Positions 42,253 through 52,773 are shown, numbered from the stretch's first letter. The stretch: DNA of 64,000 nucleotides from an uncultured Actinomycetes bacterium (GCA_963762615.1 CAVXLG010000017.1:447566-511565); one strand, 5' to 3'. The notes: a model not told the origin generated them from the letters alone. Numbers and translations are program-made.

Positions 42253-44720
42253 ATGACCCTCGCCACCCCCCGCACCGCCGGACAGCCCGCCGAGCAGCCC
42301 CGCCCGGACACGGCCGCCGGCCCGGTTCGGGTGCCCGCGAACGCCGATTCGCCGGGCGCGCGGATCCTGCGCGAGGGGAGCGTCGACGGACGGGTCACGC
42401 ACGTCGAGCGCATCCCGGGCCGTACGGGCCGGGCGGTCCCGTGGCCGGACTGGTGCCCGGACCAGCTCCTGCAGGGATTCGCCGCCGGCGGAATCAGCGC
42501 ACCGTGGGCTCACCAGGTGGCCGCGGCCGATCACGCCCGGGCCGGCCGGAACGTGATCATTTCCACCCCGGCCGCCTCGGGCAAGTCGCTCGGCTATCTG
42601 ATGCCCGCGCTCACCGCGGTGCTCGAGGGCGGGACCGCGCTTTATCTCACGCCGACCAAGGCCCTGGCCGCTGACCAGCTGCGCGCGATCCGCGCGCTGC
42701 GGCTGCACGGAGTCCGCGCGGCCGCCCTGGACGGCGACACCCCGGCCGCCGGGCGCAGCTGGGCCAGGGCAAACGCTTCGTACCTGGTCACCACACCGGA
42801 CACGCTGCACCTCGCGCTGCTGCCCGGGCACGCGCGCTGGGCCCGTTTCCTGTCCCGGCTGCGGTACGTCATCGTCGACGAGTGCCACGGATACCGGGGG
42901 GTGTTCGGCTCGCACGTGGCGCAGGTGCTGCGCAGGCTCCGCCGGATCGCCGCCTACCACGCCGAGGGCCGGGCTGTCCGCGAGCGCGCCCGGCGCGGCA
43001 TGCGGGACGGGCCGCTGGCCGCGGGACCGGTGTTCGTCCTGGCCTCGGCCACCGTCGCCGAGCCGGCCCGGTGCGCCGCCCTGCTGACCGGGCTCGCGGC
43101 CGAGGAGATCGACGCCGACGCGTCGCCGCGCGGGCCGGTTACGTTCGCCCTGTGGCAGCCGCCGCTCACCGCGCTGCGCGGCGCGGCGGGCGCGCGGCTG
43201 AGGCGGACAGCCACCGCCGAAGCGTCCCGGCTGCTGTCCGACCTGGTGACGCAGGACATGACCACGGTGGCCTTCGTGCGCTCCCGGCGCGCGGCCGAGG
43301 CGGTGGCGATGGGCGCGCGGCGGGCGCTGGCCGAGACCGGCGACCTGGCCGGGCGGGTAGCGGCGTACCGGTCCGGCTACCTGCCGGAGGACCGGCGCCA
43401 GCTCGAGGAAGAGCTGCGCACCGGCCGGCTGGCCGGAGTAGCCGCCACCACCGCGCTCGAGCTCGGCGTCAATATCTGCGGCCTGGACGCGGTCCTCATC
43501 GCCGGCTGGCCGGGCACTCGCGCCTCGCTGTGGCAGCAGGCCGGCCGGGCGGGCCGGACCGGCCGCGACGCGCTCGCGGTGCTCATCGCCCGGGACGACC
43601 CGCTCGACACCTACCTGGTGCATCACCCCGAGGCGGTGTTCGGCCGCCCGGTGGAGACCACGGTGCTCGACCCGGACAACCCGTACGTGCTGGCCCCGCA
43701 CCTGTGCGCGGCGGCCGCCGAGCTGCCGCTCACCGCGGCGGATCTCCGCCTGTTCGGGGGCAGGTCCGCCGAGGTCACCGACGAGCTGGCGGGCCGGGGG
43801 CTGCTGCGCCACCGCGGCGCGGGCTGGTACCTGTCCGCGCAGGGCCGCGCGCTGACCCGCACCGGGCTGCGCGGCTCCGGCGGGCCCCCGATGCAGATCG
43901 TGGAGGCCTCCACCGGCCGGCTGGTCGGCACCGTGGACGAGCCGTCGGCTCACGTGCTGGCCCACACCGGTGCGGTCTACCAGCACCAGGCGCAGACCTA
44001 CCTGGTGCGAAGGCTCGACCTGGCAGATGAGGTCGCGCTGGTGGACGCGGCCGAGCCCGGCTACTCGACCTCGGCGCGAGAGCTGACCGAGATCCAGGTG
44101 GCGGGCGAGCTGCAGCGGTCCGGCTGGGGCGAGGCGAGCGTTCACTTCGGCGACGTCCGGGTGACCCGGCAGGTGACATCGTTCGTCCGGCGCCGCCTTG
44201 ACACCGGTCTCACCAGCGGCGAGGAACCGCTGGACCTGCCGCCGCGCACCCTGCTGACCAGGGCCGTATGGTGGACGATCTCCCCCGGTCAGCGGGCTGA
44301 CCTTGCCGCCCGCGGCGTGGATCTGGCCGGCGCCGCGCACGCCGCCGAGCATGCCTCGATCGCGCTGCTCCCGCTGGTCGCCAGCTGCGACCGGTGGGAC
44401 ATCGGGGGGGTCTCCTTCGACCTGAACCCGGAAACCGGCCGGGCTGCACCGTCTTCGTCTACGACGGCCACCACGGCGGCGCCGGCTTCGCCGAGCGCGG
44501 CTTCCACGCCGCGCGGGACTGGCTGCGGGCCACCGCCCAGGCGATCGAGTCGTGCGGCTGCCAGGCCGGCTGCCCCTCGTGCATCCAGTCGCCGAAGTGC
44601 GGCAACGGGAACGAGCCGCTGTCCAAGAGCGGAGCCGGGGAGCTGCTCGCCACCCTGCTGGCCGGCTCAGGGCCGCAATCATCCCGGACCGGGTCCGCCA
44701 GCCGGCCCGCGCGGAAATGA
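42253..44720 (+). pseudogene. DEAD/DEAH-box helicase with a C-terminal DUF1998 zinc module (MrfA/YprA-like), interrupted by one frameshift near 44438-44447; may be an assembly error
   Basis: Motif I STPAASGKSLGY, motif II VIVDECHGYRG, TTALELGVNICGLD, QQAGRAGR. The C-terminal module CTVFVYDGHHGGAGFAERGF...CGCQAGCPSCIQSPKCGNGNEPL is in a different frame. Confidence 0.85.
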
Positions 44721-44764
44721 CTGAGGCGACCCGGTGCGCCAGCACCCGGGCCGCCAGAGCCTCG

Positions 44765-44848
44765 AATAAGGGGCGGCCCCCGCCGGGGGGGAGAGCAGGG
44801 GCCGCCATACGGACCGGCTCCGGGGGGGTAGAGCCGGTACCGCTACCC
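44765..44848 (-). ncRNA. 6C-type small RNA (two hairpins with C-rich loops)
   Basis: The minus strand reads GGGUAGCGGUACCGGCUCUACCCCCCCGGAGCCGGUCCGUAUGGCGGCCCCUGCUCUCCCCCCCGGCGGGGGCCGCCCCUUAUU. Hairpin 1 has stem CCGGCUC/GAGCCGG and loop UACCCCCCCG. Hairpin 2 has a 12-bp stem and loop UCUCCCCCCCG, followed by CCUUAUU. A -10-like TAAATT lies just upstream. The RNA ends are approximate. Confidence 0.7.
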
Positions 44849-44961
44849 AATTTACAGCCTACGTGGGCCGCGTCTGCGTTACTAGTCAGTCACGCCATGG
44901 TGTCATCGGCCCCAGGCTCCACCACATATGCTGCCTCGATGTGGATGCTCCTGTCGAGCGC

Positions 44962-45696
44962 GTGACTGCCGCCGCCGCAGCCTTCTTCGACCTGGACAAG
45001 ACGGTCATCTCGAAGTCCAGCACGCTGGCGTTCGGCCGTCCCTTCTACCAGTACGGGCTGATCGGCCGGGCCGACGCGATGCGCAGCGTGGCCGGTCATC
45101 TGGCATACCGGATCGCCGGGGCCAATCACGGGCAGATGGAACGGGTCCGCGGGTGGGTCACCGGGCTCTGCCGCGGCTGGCCCGCCGACCGGGTTCGGGA
45201 AATCGTCGCCCGCCATCTCGACGAGCTCATCGTGCCGTACGTGTACGCAGAGGCCCGGGCCCTGATCGCCGCCCACCGCGACGCCGGCCGTGACGTGGTC
45301 ATGGTGAGCACGTCCGGGCACGAGGTCGTGGACCCGATCGCCAGCCTGCTCGGCGCCGACACCGTCATTGCCACCCGGATGCAGGTGGCGGACGGGTGCT
45401 ACACCGGGGAGATGGAGTTCTACGCGTACGGCGAGGCCAAGGCGGCGCGGGTCCGCGCGCTGGCCGCCGAGCGCGGTTACCGGCTGCAGGACTGCTACGC
45501 CTACAGCGACTCGGCCACCGACCTGCCGCTGCTGCTGGCCGTCGGCCGCCCGCACGCGGTGAACCCAGACCGGAGCCTGCGCCGGATCGCGCGGCAGCGC
45601 GGCTGGCCTGTCCTGGAGTTCACGGCCGGCCCGAACCACGCGCTGAAGGGCCTGTGGCCGCGCGAACTGACCGGCATTACAAATCGATCACGCTGA
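44962..45696 (+). CDS. HAD-IB family hydrolase (SerB-like phosphatase)
   Basis: AAFFDLDKTVISKSS...VMVSTSGHEVV...YAYSDSATDLPLLLAVGRPHAVNPD. Start is placed at GTG 44962 (the ORF is open from 44863). Confidence 0.8.
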   Translation: MTAAAAAFFDLDKTVISKSSTLAFGRPFYQYGLIGRADAMRSVAGHLAYRIAGANHGQMERVRGWVTGLCRGWPADRVREIVARHLDELIVPYVYAEARALIAAHRDAGRDVVMVSTSGHEVVDPIASLLGADTVIATRMQVADGCYTGEMEFYAYGEAKAARVRALAAERGYRLQDCYAYSDSATDLPLLLAVGRPHAVNPDRSLRRIARQRGWPVLEFTAGPNHALKGLWPRELTGITNRSR

Positions 45697-46120
45697 GGTC
45701 TTTCCAAGCTCCCGGATTCGTCGTAGAAAGGAAGCACGGACCCAGGACGTCCGGGCACGGCAGCCAGGCACCCACGTGCGACCAGCCGCGGGAGGCGTGT
45801 CGGGGTAGGCCAGGTCGGAAGGCGCGCTCATCAGCGCGCCGGAGGACCACCTGTCCCGACTGAGAAGGTGCACGCTTGGTAACCCGGCATGACGTGGCAG
45901 GCGACGGCGCCCCGACCCAGGGGCGCCGTTCGCTATGTGCCGTGCCTGCGGGGCGGGCCACATCCTGGCCAGGCGGACCACATCCTGGATTACCCAGCCC
46001 CGTTTGTGGTACGGGTGGTGTCACGCTAAGCACGGAACCGGGACCGCCGGGCGGCAGGCGCCGCAGGGCCGGATCGCCTGTGACGGCCGCGACGGCGCGG
46101 GCCAGGCACGAGGGCACACG

Positions 46121-46582
46121 ATGGGAGAACACGCGATGGTTCACACCGGATCGGCGCCATCGGCGGACGGCGCGGCCGATCCGTCCCTCGGCGACCTCGT
46201 GACGCTGGCGGTCGGTGATATCTCCAAGCTGGTCAGGTGCGAGATTGACCTTGCCAAGCTGGAGCTCAAGGCGGATGTGCGGCGGGTGCTGGTGTCCGTC
46301 GTCCTGCTCGCGGGCAGCTTCTTCGTCCTCAACCTGGTCTTGGTCCTGCTCAGCTTCGGGCTCGTTTACGGCCTGATCAGGCAGGGCCTGGAGCCCTGGG
46401 CGTCGTTCCTCATCGTGGCGGGCGTGGACATCGTGCTGATCGGCATCGCCGTGGGCATTGTCTACCTCAATTTCCGCCGGCTGGACGGCTTGAAGCGGAC
46501 CCGCAAGACGGTCCAGGAGGACCTGGCCGTCATGAACCGCGAGGAAGGGGCGGCCGCCGTACCCGCGGTCGAGGCACGATAG
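46121..46582 (+). CDS. actinobacterial holin-X / DUF1469 family membrane protein
   Basis: SLGDLVTLAVGDISKLVRCEIDLAKLELKADV is followed by two TM helices and LKRTRKTVQEDL. The start is uncertain (46121 or 46136). Confidence 0.65.
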   Translation: MGEHAMVHTGSAPSADGAADPSLGDLVTLAVGDISKLVRCEIDLAKLELKADVRRVLVSVVLLAGSFFVLNLVLVLLSFGLVYGLIRQGLEPWASFLIVAGVDIVLIGIAVGIVYLNFRRLDGLKRTRKTVQEDLAVMNREEGAAAVPAVEAR

Positions 46583-46586
46583 GCCC

Positions 46587-47510
46587 ATGGACGCGTCCGG
46601 TGAGCTGGCCACGCGGATCGAGGGGCCCTGGTCGCACCGGTCGGTGAGCGCGAACGGCACCCGCTTTCATGTCGCGGAGGCCGGCGAGGGCCCGCTGGTG
46701 CTGCTGCTGCATGGCTTCCCTGAGTTCTGGTGGACCTGGCGGAATCAGCTCACCTCGCTGGCCCAGGCCGGCTTCCGCGCGGTCGCGGCCGACCTGCGCG
46801 GATACGGTGGCAGCGACAAGCCGCCGCGCGGTTATGACCTGGTGACGGCCGCCTCGGACGCGGGCGGCCTGATCCGGGCGCTGGGTGAGGCGAACGCCAT
46901 CGTGGTGGGGCATGACTGGGGCGGGCTGATCGCGTGGACGCTGGGGGCGTACTTCCCCAAGATGGTCCGGCGGCTGGCCATCGTCTCGGTACCGCATCCG
47001 CTGCGGCTGCGCGCGGCGGTCCTGACCGATCCGCTGGGCCAGGGTAAGCGGAGCGGCTACGCCCTCGGTTTCCAGCTTCCCAGGCTGCCCGAACGGCGGC
47101 TGCTCGAAGGCCAGGCGCGAAGGGTCGGCCGGATGCTCGAGGACTGGTCCGGACCCGGCTGGCCGGACCCGGAGACCGAACGCAGGTACCGGCTGGCCAT
47201 GCTGGTGCCGTCGGTGGCGCATTCCGCGCTGGAGTACCACCGGTGGTTCGTCCGGTCCAGGCTGCGGCCGGACGGGCTGCGGTACGCCCGCCACATGCGG
47301 GCGCCGATCCAGGCGCCGACCCTGCAGCTGCACGGGGCGCTGGACACGTGCGTGCTGCCGCGCAGCGCCCGCGGCTCCAGCCGCCACGTCGAGGCCCCCT
47401 ATCGCTGGCACCTGATCGAAGGGACCGGGCACTTCCCGCACGAGGAGCGGCCCGAGCGGTTCGACGCCGAGCTGTGCGGCTGGCTGGCCGACGCCGAGCC
47501 GGAGAGATGA
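46587..47510 (+). CDS. alpha/beta hydrolase (epoxide hydrolase-like)
   Basis: VLLLHGFPEFWWTWRNQL...DLRGYGGSDKP...IVVGHDWGG...GHFPHEERPERF. Confidence 0.85.
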   Translation: MDASGELATRIEGPWSHRSVSANGTRFHVAEAGEGPLVLLLHGFPEFWWTWRNQLTSLAQAGFRAVAADLRGYGGSDKPPRGYDLVTAASDAGGLIRALGEANAIVVGHDWGGLIAWTLGAYFPKMVRRLAIVSVPHPLRLRAAVLTDPLGQGKRSGYALGFQLPRLPERRLLEGQARRVGRMLEDWSGPGWPDPETERRYRLAMLVPSVAHSALEYHRWFVRSRLRPDGLRYARHMRAPIQAPTLQLHGALDTCVLPRSARGSSRHVEAPYRWHLIEGTGHFPHEERPERFDAELCGWLADAEPER

Positions 47511-48019
47511 CGCCACCGGGCAGGGACCGCGATCAGGCGGGCCGGCCGCGCAACGCGCGTCCTCGTGACGCTTCCGGCCGCCCGCTCGCGCGCGACGAAG
47601 CGGGCGAGCCCGGGGTGCCCGACGACCTCTCGCTGCCACCGGGGCAGGCTCTTGCGCTGGCCCAGCAGCTGCTGGACTCCGGTCGTCCCTTCCAGGCTCA
47701 CGAGGTGCTCGAGGCGTCATGGAAGTCCGCGCCGCCGGCCGAGCGCGACCTGTGGCAGGGACTCGCCCAGGTCGCCGTCGGCCTGACCCACGCCCAGCGC
47801 GGCAACGCGCGCGGCGCCGCGGCGCTGCTGCGCCGGGGCGCGGGGCGGATCAGCGGTTACCTGCCCGGAGCCGAGGGTGCCCGCGGCGCCCCGCACCGGA
47901 TCGACGTGGCCGGCATCGTCCAGGCGGCGAGCGAGCTGGCCGGCCGGATAGAGCGCGACGGGCTGGGTACCGTGCCGCCCGGGGACCTGCGGCTGCGGCT
48001 GCGGACGGCCCGGCGGTAG
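47507..48019 (+). CDS. DUF309 domain-containing protein
   Basis: ATGA overlap with the upstream stop. GRPFQAHEVLEASWKSAPPAERDLWQGLAQVAVGLTHAQRGNARGAAALLRRG. Confidence 0.7.
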   Translation: MTPPGRDRDQAGRPRNARPRDASGRPLARDEAGEPGVPDDLSLPPGQALALAQQLLDSGRPFQAHEVLEASWKSAPPAERDLWQGLAQVAVGLTHAQRGNARGAAALLRRGAGRISGYLPGAEGARGAPHRIDVAGIVQAASELAGRIERDGLGTVPPGDLRLRLRTARR

Positions 48020-48026
48020 GCAGCAG

Positions 48027-48146
48027 CGCGTCACCAGCGGGCCGCAACCGGGCGGGCGGCAGAAACGCCGGGTCAGCAGCGGGCAAGACGGCCGGGGGCA
48101 GATGCGCCGAGTCAGCAGCGGGCCGCGGGCTACGGGGAATGGCTGG
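48027..48146. repeat. degenerate 39-42-bp tandem repeat x 3 between the convergent DUF309 and marP genes
   Basis: GTCA[C/G]CAGCGGGC recurs at 48030, 48072 and 48111 with similar flanks. Confidence 0.7.
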
Positions 48147-49346
48147 TCACGCGCAGACCTGCGTCGAGACCGGGCCGGTGGCGTTCTTGCCCGCATCCAC
48201 GTCGCCCGCGACCTCGGCCGAGGTCAGCGCGTAGCCGACGTCCTTCATCCCCACCGCGGCCGCGAAAACCACCCCGTACACGGCCCCGTTGTGCGGGTCG
48301 ATCAGCGGGCCGCCCGAGTTGCCCGGCTGGATCAGGGCCCGGACCGCGTAGATCTGGCGGGTGACCTCGCCGGCCTGGTAAATGTCCGGCGCGGTCGCCC
48401 GCTGCACGCCGCCGACCCTGGCCGGCACGGTAGTGAAGGAGTGATTGAGCGGATACCCCGCCACCACCGCGTTGGTTCCGGTGCCGGCCAGGCCGGGGGC
48501 GAACTGCAGCGGCGGCGCGGTCAGGCCGGGGACGTCCAGGATCGCGATGTCTCCCCGCGGGTCGAAGTACACGACCGTGGCCCGGAATTCCCTCCCGCTG
48601 CCCGCGGTGAACACGTTCGGCCCGCGATCCACGCCGGCCACCACATGCGCATTGGTCAAGACGTGGTCCGGCGAGATGACGAACCCGGAACCCTCGATCC
48701 GGCGCTGGCAGCTCAACGCCGTGCCCATGACCTTGACGATGCTGCGCCGGTCCCTGCGGATCGCCGGGTAGTTCAGGTACTTGCTCTGCGGCGCGCCCAC
48801 CGTCAGCGGCGCCTCGGCGCCGAGCCCGCCGAACACCTGCGGGTAGGGGCCGCTGGCCAGCAGCCGGCGGAAGTCGCCGAACATCGTCTGCGCCGCCGGG
48901 GGCATGACGGCGTCTACCCCCCGCAGCACCGCCGAGTTGCGCACCTGCCCGGTGATCGCCGGGAACCCCGCGTTTACCACGGCCGAGCCGATCAGCCACG
49001 CGATGAGCAGGACCGACACCACGCTCACCAGGGCTCCGCCGGCCGCGTCCAGGTAAGTCACCGGACGCCAGGTGAGCCGCGACCGCAGGGCCGCTCCGGC
49101 GGCCGAGGCCAGCAGCTGGCCGACCATGGCCGCGACGAAGACCACCACCACCGCGATCAGCGCCTGCTGGGCCTGGTCGCTGGACACCGCCCGCGCGAGG
49201 CCGGGCGCGAACAGGGTGCCCAGCACCGCGCCGACGATGAACCCGGCGAAGCTGAGCACGCCGATGATGAAGCCCTGGCGGTAACCGGAGACCGCGAAGG
49301 CAGCGACGAGTATGACCAAGATCAGGTCAAGCAGGTCACCCGGCAC
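48147..49346 (-). CDS. marP: MarP-like membrane-anchored serine protease (CvpA-type TM domain + trypsin-like domain)
   Basis: N-terminal TM helices (LILVILVAAFAVSGYRQGFIIGVLSF). Protease triad context VLTNAHVV, GDIAIL, QPGNSGGPL. marP-Nudix-nth order as in Mtb Rv3671c-3674c. Confidence 0.85.
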   Translation of the reverse strand: MPGDLLDLILVILVAAFAVSGYRQGFIIGVLSFAGFIVGAVLGTLFAPGLARAVSSDQAQQALIAVVVVFVAAMVGQLLASAAGAALRSRLTWRPVTYLDAAGGALVSVVSVLLIAWLIGSAVVNAGFPAITGQVRNSAVLRGVDAVMPPAAQTMFGDFRRLLASGPYPQVFGGLGAEAPLTVGAPQSKYLNYPAIRRDRRSIVKVMGTALSCQRRIEGSGFVISPDHVLTNAHVVAGVDRGPNVFTAGSGREFRATVVYFDPRGDIAILDVPGLTAPPLQFAPGLAGTGTNAVVAGYPLNHSFTTVPARVGGVQRATAPDIYQAGEVTRQIYAVRALIQPGNSGGPLIDPHNGAVYGVVFAAAVGMKDVGYALTSAEVAGDVDAGKNATGPVSTQVCA

Positions 49347-49364
49347 GTGGTCAACCGTATATGG

Positions 49365-50096
49365 CTATGCTCCGTGCGCGGCCCGCCCGGCGATGCCGTC
49401 AGGGATCGCGGCGGCCACCGCTGCGGCCGGCAGGTCCTCGACCCGGCCGGCGTCCCACGGCCGCTCCCAGCCGCCGAGGGTGAGCAGCATGTCGATCAAG
49501 CCGGCCGTGAAGCCCCAGACGAGCATCCCGCCGACCCGGAAGGCCGGCCCGGTGATCCCGGACGGGTGCCGCACGGTGAGCCGGTTGGCGCGGTCGGCGA
49601 GCTCGCGGATGCGGACCCTGGCCACGGCGGCGACCTCGCCGGGATCGGCCGGCCGGACCGCGACCGGCCGCCGCCACCAGCCGAGCACTGGAGTGACCAG
49701 GAATCCGCTGGGGGGGATGAACAGCTCGGGCGCAGTCCCGATCACGTCCACCCCGGCCGGGTCCAGGCCCACCTCCTCGGCCGCCTCCCTGAGGGCGGCC
49801 TCGACCGGGCCGGCGTCCCCGGGCTCGATCGCGCCGCCGGGAAAGGCGGGCTGGCCGCCGTGCCTGCGCAGCCCGGGCATGCGCTGGATGAGCAGCAGAT
49901 CCGGGTCGTCGTCGGCGCTGGTCGCGGCCGGAACGCCGGGATCCCCGGCTGGACCGGGACCGAACAGCACCAGGACCGCCGACCGCCTGCCCCCGCCGGG
50001 CGGCGGCCGCAGCGGGGGCGGCGCCGCCATCCCGGCCATCGCCGCGGCCAGCTCCAGCAGCCGCGGGGGCGGCGTCGCGGCCTGGGCCCCGGTCAC
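49365..50096 (-). CDS. Nudix hydrolase (CoA pyrophosphatase-like)
   Basis: Nudix box [28 protein letters not shown] at 50096 forms a GTGA overlap with the nth stop. Confidence 0.8.
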   Translation of the reverse strand: MTGAQAATPPPRLLELAAAMAGMAAPPPLRPPPGGGRRSAVLVLFGPGPAGDPGVPAATSADDDPDLLLIQRMPGLRRHGGQPAFPGGAIEPGDAGPVEAALREAAEEVGLDPAGVDVIGTAPELFIPPSGFLVTPVLGWWRRPVAVRPADPGEVAAVARVRIRELADRANRLTVRHPSGITGPAFRVGGMLVWGFTAGLIDMLLTLGGWERPWDAGRVEDLPAAAVAAAIPDGIAGRAAHGA

Positions 50097-50833
50097 GAGA
50101 ACGGCCCGGTCTTGACCAGCTTGGCCGCGACCTCCGGATCGACGGGCCCCAAGCCGAACGACGGGCAGAGCCGCGCGAGCACGCAGGCTCCGCAGGCCGG
50201 CCTGCGGGCGTGGCACACCCGGCGGCCATGCCAGATCAGCCGGTGCGACAGCATCGTCCATTCAGACCGGGGGAACAACGCGCCGACCTCGGCCTCGACC
50301 TTCTCCGGCTCGGTCGCGGTGGTCCAGCCGAACCGCCGGGCCAGCCGCCCGAAGTGCGTGTCCACCGTGATGCCCGGCACGCCGAACGCGTTCCCGAGCA
50401 CGACATTCGCCGTCTTCCTGCCGACGCCGGGCAGCGTCACGAGATCACTCAGCCGGCACGGCACCTCACCGCCGAACCGGTCCCGCAGCGCGGCCGAGAG
50501 CCCCATGACGGCCTTGGTCTTGGCCCGGAAGAACCCGGTGGGCTTCAGGATCTCCTCCACGTCCTCGGGATTGGCCGCGGCCAGGTCGTCCGGAGCCGGG
50601 TACTTCGCGAATAGCGCCGGCGTCGTCAGGTTGACCCGCACGTCGGTGGTCTGCGCCGACAGCACCGTGGCCACCAGCAGCTGGAACGGGTTCTCGAACT
50701 TCAGCTCGGTCTGGGAGTCCGGATAGGTATCGGCCAGGATCCGGTTCATCCGCCGGGCCCGCCGCACCAGCCCCAGCCGGGTCTCGGACTTCCACTTGCG
50801 AGCCCGCGCCGGCGGGGTCACATCCGTCGCCAT
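50093..50833 (-). CDS. nth: endonuclease III
   Basis: [15 protein letters not shown], Hh[21 protein letters not shown], and the Fe-S cluster C-X6-C-X2-C-X5-C ([17 protein letters not shown]). Confidence 0.9.
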   Translation of the reverse strand: MATDVTPPARARKWKSETRLGLVRRARRMNRILADTYPDSQTELKFENPFQLLVATVLSAQTTDVRVNLTTPALFAKYPAPDDLAAANPEDVEEILKPTGFFRAKTKAVMGLSAALRDRFGGEVPCRLSDLVTLPGVGRKTANVVLGNAFGVPGITVDTHFGRLARRFGWTTATEPEKVEAEVGALFPRSEWTMLSHRLIWHGRRVCHARRPACGACVLARLCPSFGLGPVDPEVAAKLVKTGPFS

Positions 50834-50876
50834 GCCGCCAGCGTAGGGCCTGCACGGCACCGTACGATGAGCAGGC

Positions 50877-51560
50877 GTGACAGTATCGGCCGTGATATTC
50901 GACTGGGGCGGCACGCTCACGCCCTGGCACACCATCGACCACGACGAACTCTGGCGCGCGATCTGCGCCCCGCATTATGACCAGGATCGCGTGACCGAGA
51001 CCGCTGCACTGCTCCGTTCGGCAGAAAATCACTTCTGGGAGACCGCGGACCGCGAGCAGCGGAGCTCGACCCTCGGGGAGCTCTTCGCCCGGGCCGGGAT
51101 TGAGCCCACGGAAGCGTTCATCGACGGGTATTTCCAGGCGTGGGAGCAGCACACGTTCGCCGATCCGGACGCGGCCGGGGTGATGCGGGAGCTACGCCGC
51201 CGCGGGATCAAGATCGGAGTGCTGTCGAACACCATGTGGCCGCGCGACCGGCACGAGCGGATCTTCAGGCGCGACGGGCTGCTCGACCTGATCGACGGCG
51301 CCGTGTACAGCAGCGAGATCCCGTGGACGAAGCCGCACCCGGAGGCGTTCCGCGCGGCGATGGCGGCGATCGGCGCGACCCGCCCGCAGGACTGCGTCTA
51401 CGTCGGGGACCGGCCGTTCGACGACGTGCACGGCGCGCACCAGGCGGGGCTGCGCACCGTGCTCATCCCGAACAGCGACGTACCCGCCTTCGCCGGGACG
51501 GAGCCAGACGCCACGATCGAACGGCTCGGCAAGCTCACCGCGGTGATCGACCGCTGGTGA
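50877..51560 (+). CDS. HAD family hydrolase
   Basis: [10 protein letters not shown]...VLSNT...[17 protein letters not shown]. Confidence 0.8.
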   Translation: MTVSAVIFDWGGTLTPWHTIDHDELWRAICAPHYDQDRVTETAALLRSAENHFWETADREQRSSTLGELFARAGIEPTEAFIDGYFQAWEQHTFADPDAAGVMRELRRRGIKIGVLSNTMWPRDRHERIFRRDGLLDLIDGAVYSSEIPWTKPHPEAFRAAMAAIGATRPQDCVYVGDRPFDDVHGAHQAGLRTVLIPNSDVPAFAGTEPDATIERLGKLTAVIDRW

Positions 51561-51581
51561 CCTGGCCGCCAGCGGCGTCAC

Positions 51582-52418
51582 TCAGCGCCCGGCCGGTGCC
51601 GCGGGACGCGAAAACGCCGCCGGGACCGGGACCGGGGCGGCGGGCCAGTGCACGGCGCACCGATCGGGCTGCACGGAACGCCCGGCGAGCACCGCGGTGA
51701 GCGGCGCCGCCGCGGGATCGCGCGGATTCACATGCCTGCCGAGGGTCACGACCGCCACCCGGCCGGCCCCGGCCAGCTTGAGCGCTATGGCGGCCGACTG
51801 GGCGCTGGAACCCGATGCCCACGTGTCGTCGAGGAGCAGGACGGCCGCACCAGACAACTGCCCGGGTGCCCGGAACCGCCCCGGGTGCAGGTCCCGGCCC
51901 GGCACCGGTTCGCCGGGGCGGATGAGCAGGTCGGCCCAGGGCAGGGCCAGGTACGGCTCGACCAGCGTCCGCAGCGGATGGGCACCGGGACGCCCGCGTC
52001 CGCTGGGCACCACGGCGACACGGATGGGGGCGGCCATCCCGGCGCGCGCCCGGACGCAGGGACCGTGATCGCGCAGGAAGACAAGCAGCATGGCGCGCAG
52101 CGCGGCGCGGGCCGCGTCCCGATCCGCGACGTCGGACTTGTACTGCCACAGCGCCCGCGCGTAGGACGTCCCGGCCACGGCATACGAGACCGGGACCACG
52201 AGGTCGGCGAGCATTCCGGCCGCACTGCGGCGGTGCTGCGCGCACTGGAAGCAGCGCAGGAAGCCGGGCTGGGCGGGACCCCGGCACACCGCGCAGCAGC
52301 CTGGCCCGGCGGGCAGCGGCGCACGCAGGCCGGGCCGCTGCCGGGCGGCCGCCGCGCGGAGGGGATCCCACCTCATGCGGCCGGGGACGCCGCAGGGCCG
52401 GGACGCCTGGTTTTCCAT
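51582..52418 (-). CDS. ComF-family / phosphoribosyltransferase-domain protein
   Basis: N-terminal Cys pairs CAVCRGP...CFQCAQ. C-terminal PRTase loop AVLLLDDTWASGSSAQSA. The start is uncertain (52418 or 52376). Confidence 0.6.
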   Translation of the reverse strand: MENQASRPCGVPGRMRWDPLRAAAARQRPGLRAPLPAGPGCCAVCRGPAQPGFLRCFQCAQHRRSAAGMLADLVVPVSYAVAGTSYARALWQYKSDVADRDAARAALRAMLLVFLRDHGPCVRARAGMAAPIRVAVVPSGRGRPGAHPLRTLVEPYLALPWADLLIRPGEPVPGRDLHPGRFRAPGQLSGAAVLLLDDTWASGSSAQSAAIALKLAGAGRVAVVTLGRHVNPRDPAAAPLTAVLAGRSVQPDRCAVHWPAAPVPVPAAFSRPAAPAGR

Positions 52419-52773
52419 GGCGCCCGATGGTAGGGAGGGGCTCCGACGGACGCCGGCCCCGGTCCCGGTGCTGCCGGAGGATGACCTCCGATCCGCGGGC
52501 AGGGCGGCCGCACGGCACCCGCCCGGCGATCCAGCCGCCGGCCTTGCGATTCCGGCGTTTCGCCGGGCCGGGCGCGGCGGGCGGGGCGGGTGCCAGTACG
52601 ATCATGGCGTTCGGTTCGCCGCCGGGCCCGCGCCCGGAGCCGGTTCCGGCGGATGCCTCGGCCGGCGGGACCGGTACCGCGCACCGCTGAGCTGGCGCAG
52701 GAGGTGCGCCCGCCGCCCGGGCAAGGCCGGAGTCCTTGCGGTCTCACCGTTAATCGGTTATCGTCGATGAACG

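Noticed and set aside
42118-44850. 910-aa ORF on the minus strand
   Set aside because: It is antisense to the DEAD-box/DUF1998 helicase, whose motifs are unambiguous. It is a shadow ORF.
45805-45855. SRP (4.5S) RNA-like CAGGUCGGAAGG element
   Set aside because: It lacks the conserved GGAA-tetraloop helix with the AGCA/symmetric loops of domain IV. The following sequence is a simple GC hairpin.
48102-50726. 874-aa ORF on the plus strand
   Set aside because: It is antisense to marP, the Nudix gene and nth, all of which show catalytic motifs on the minus strand.
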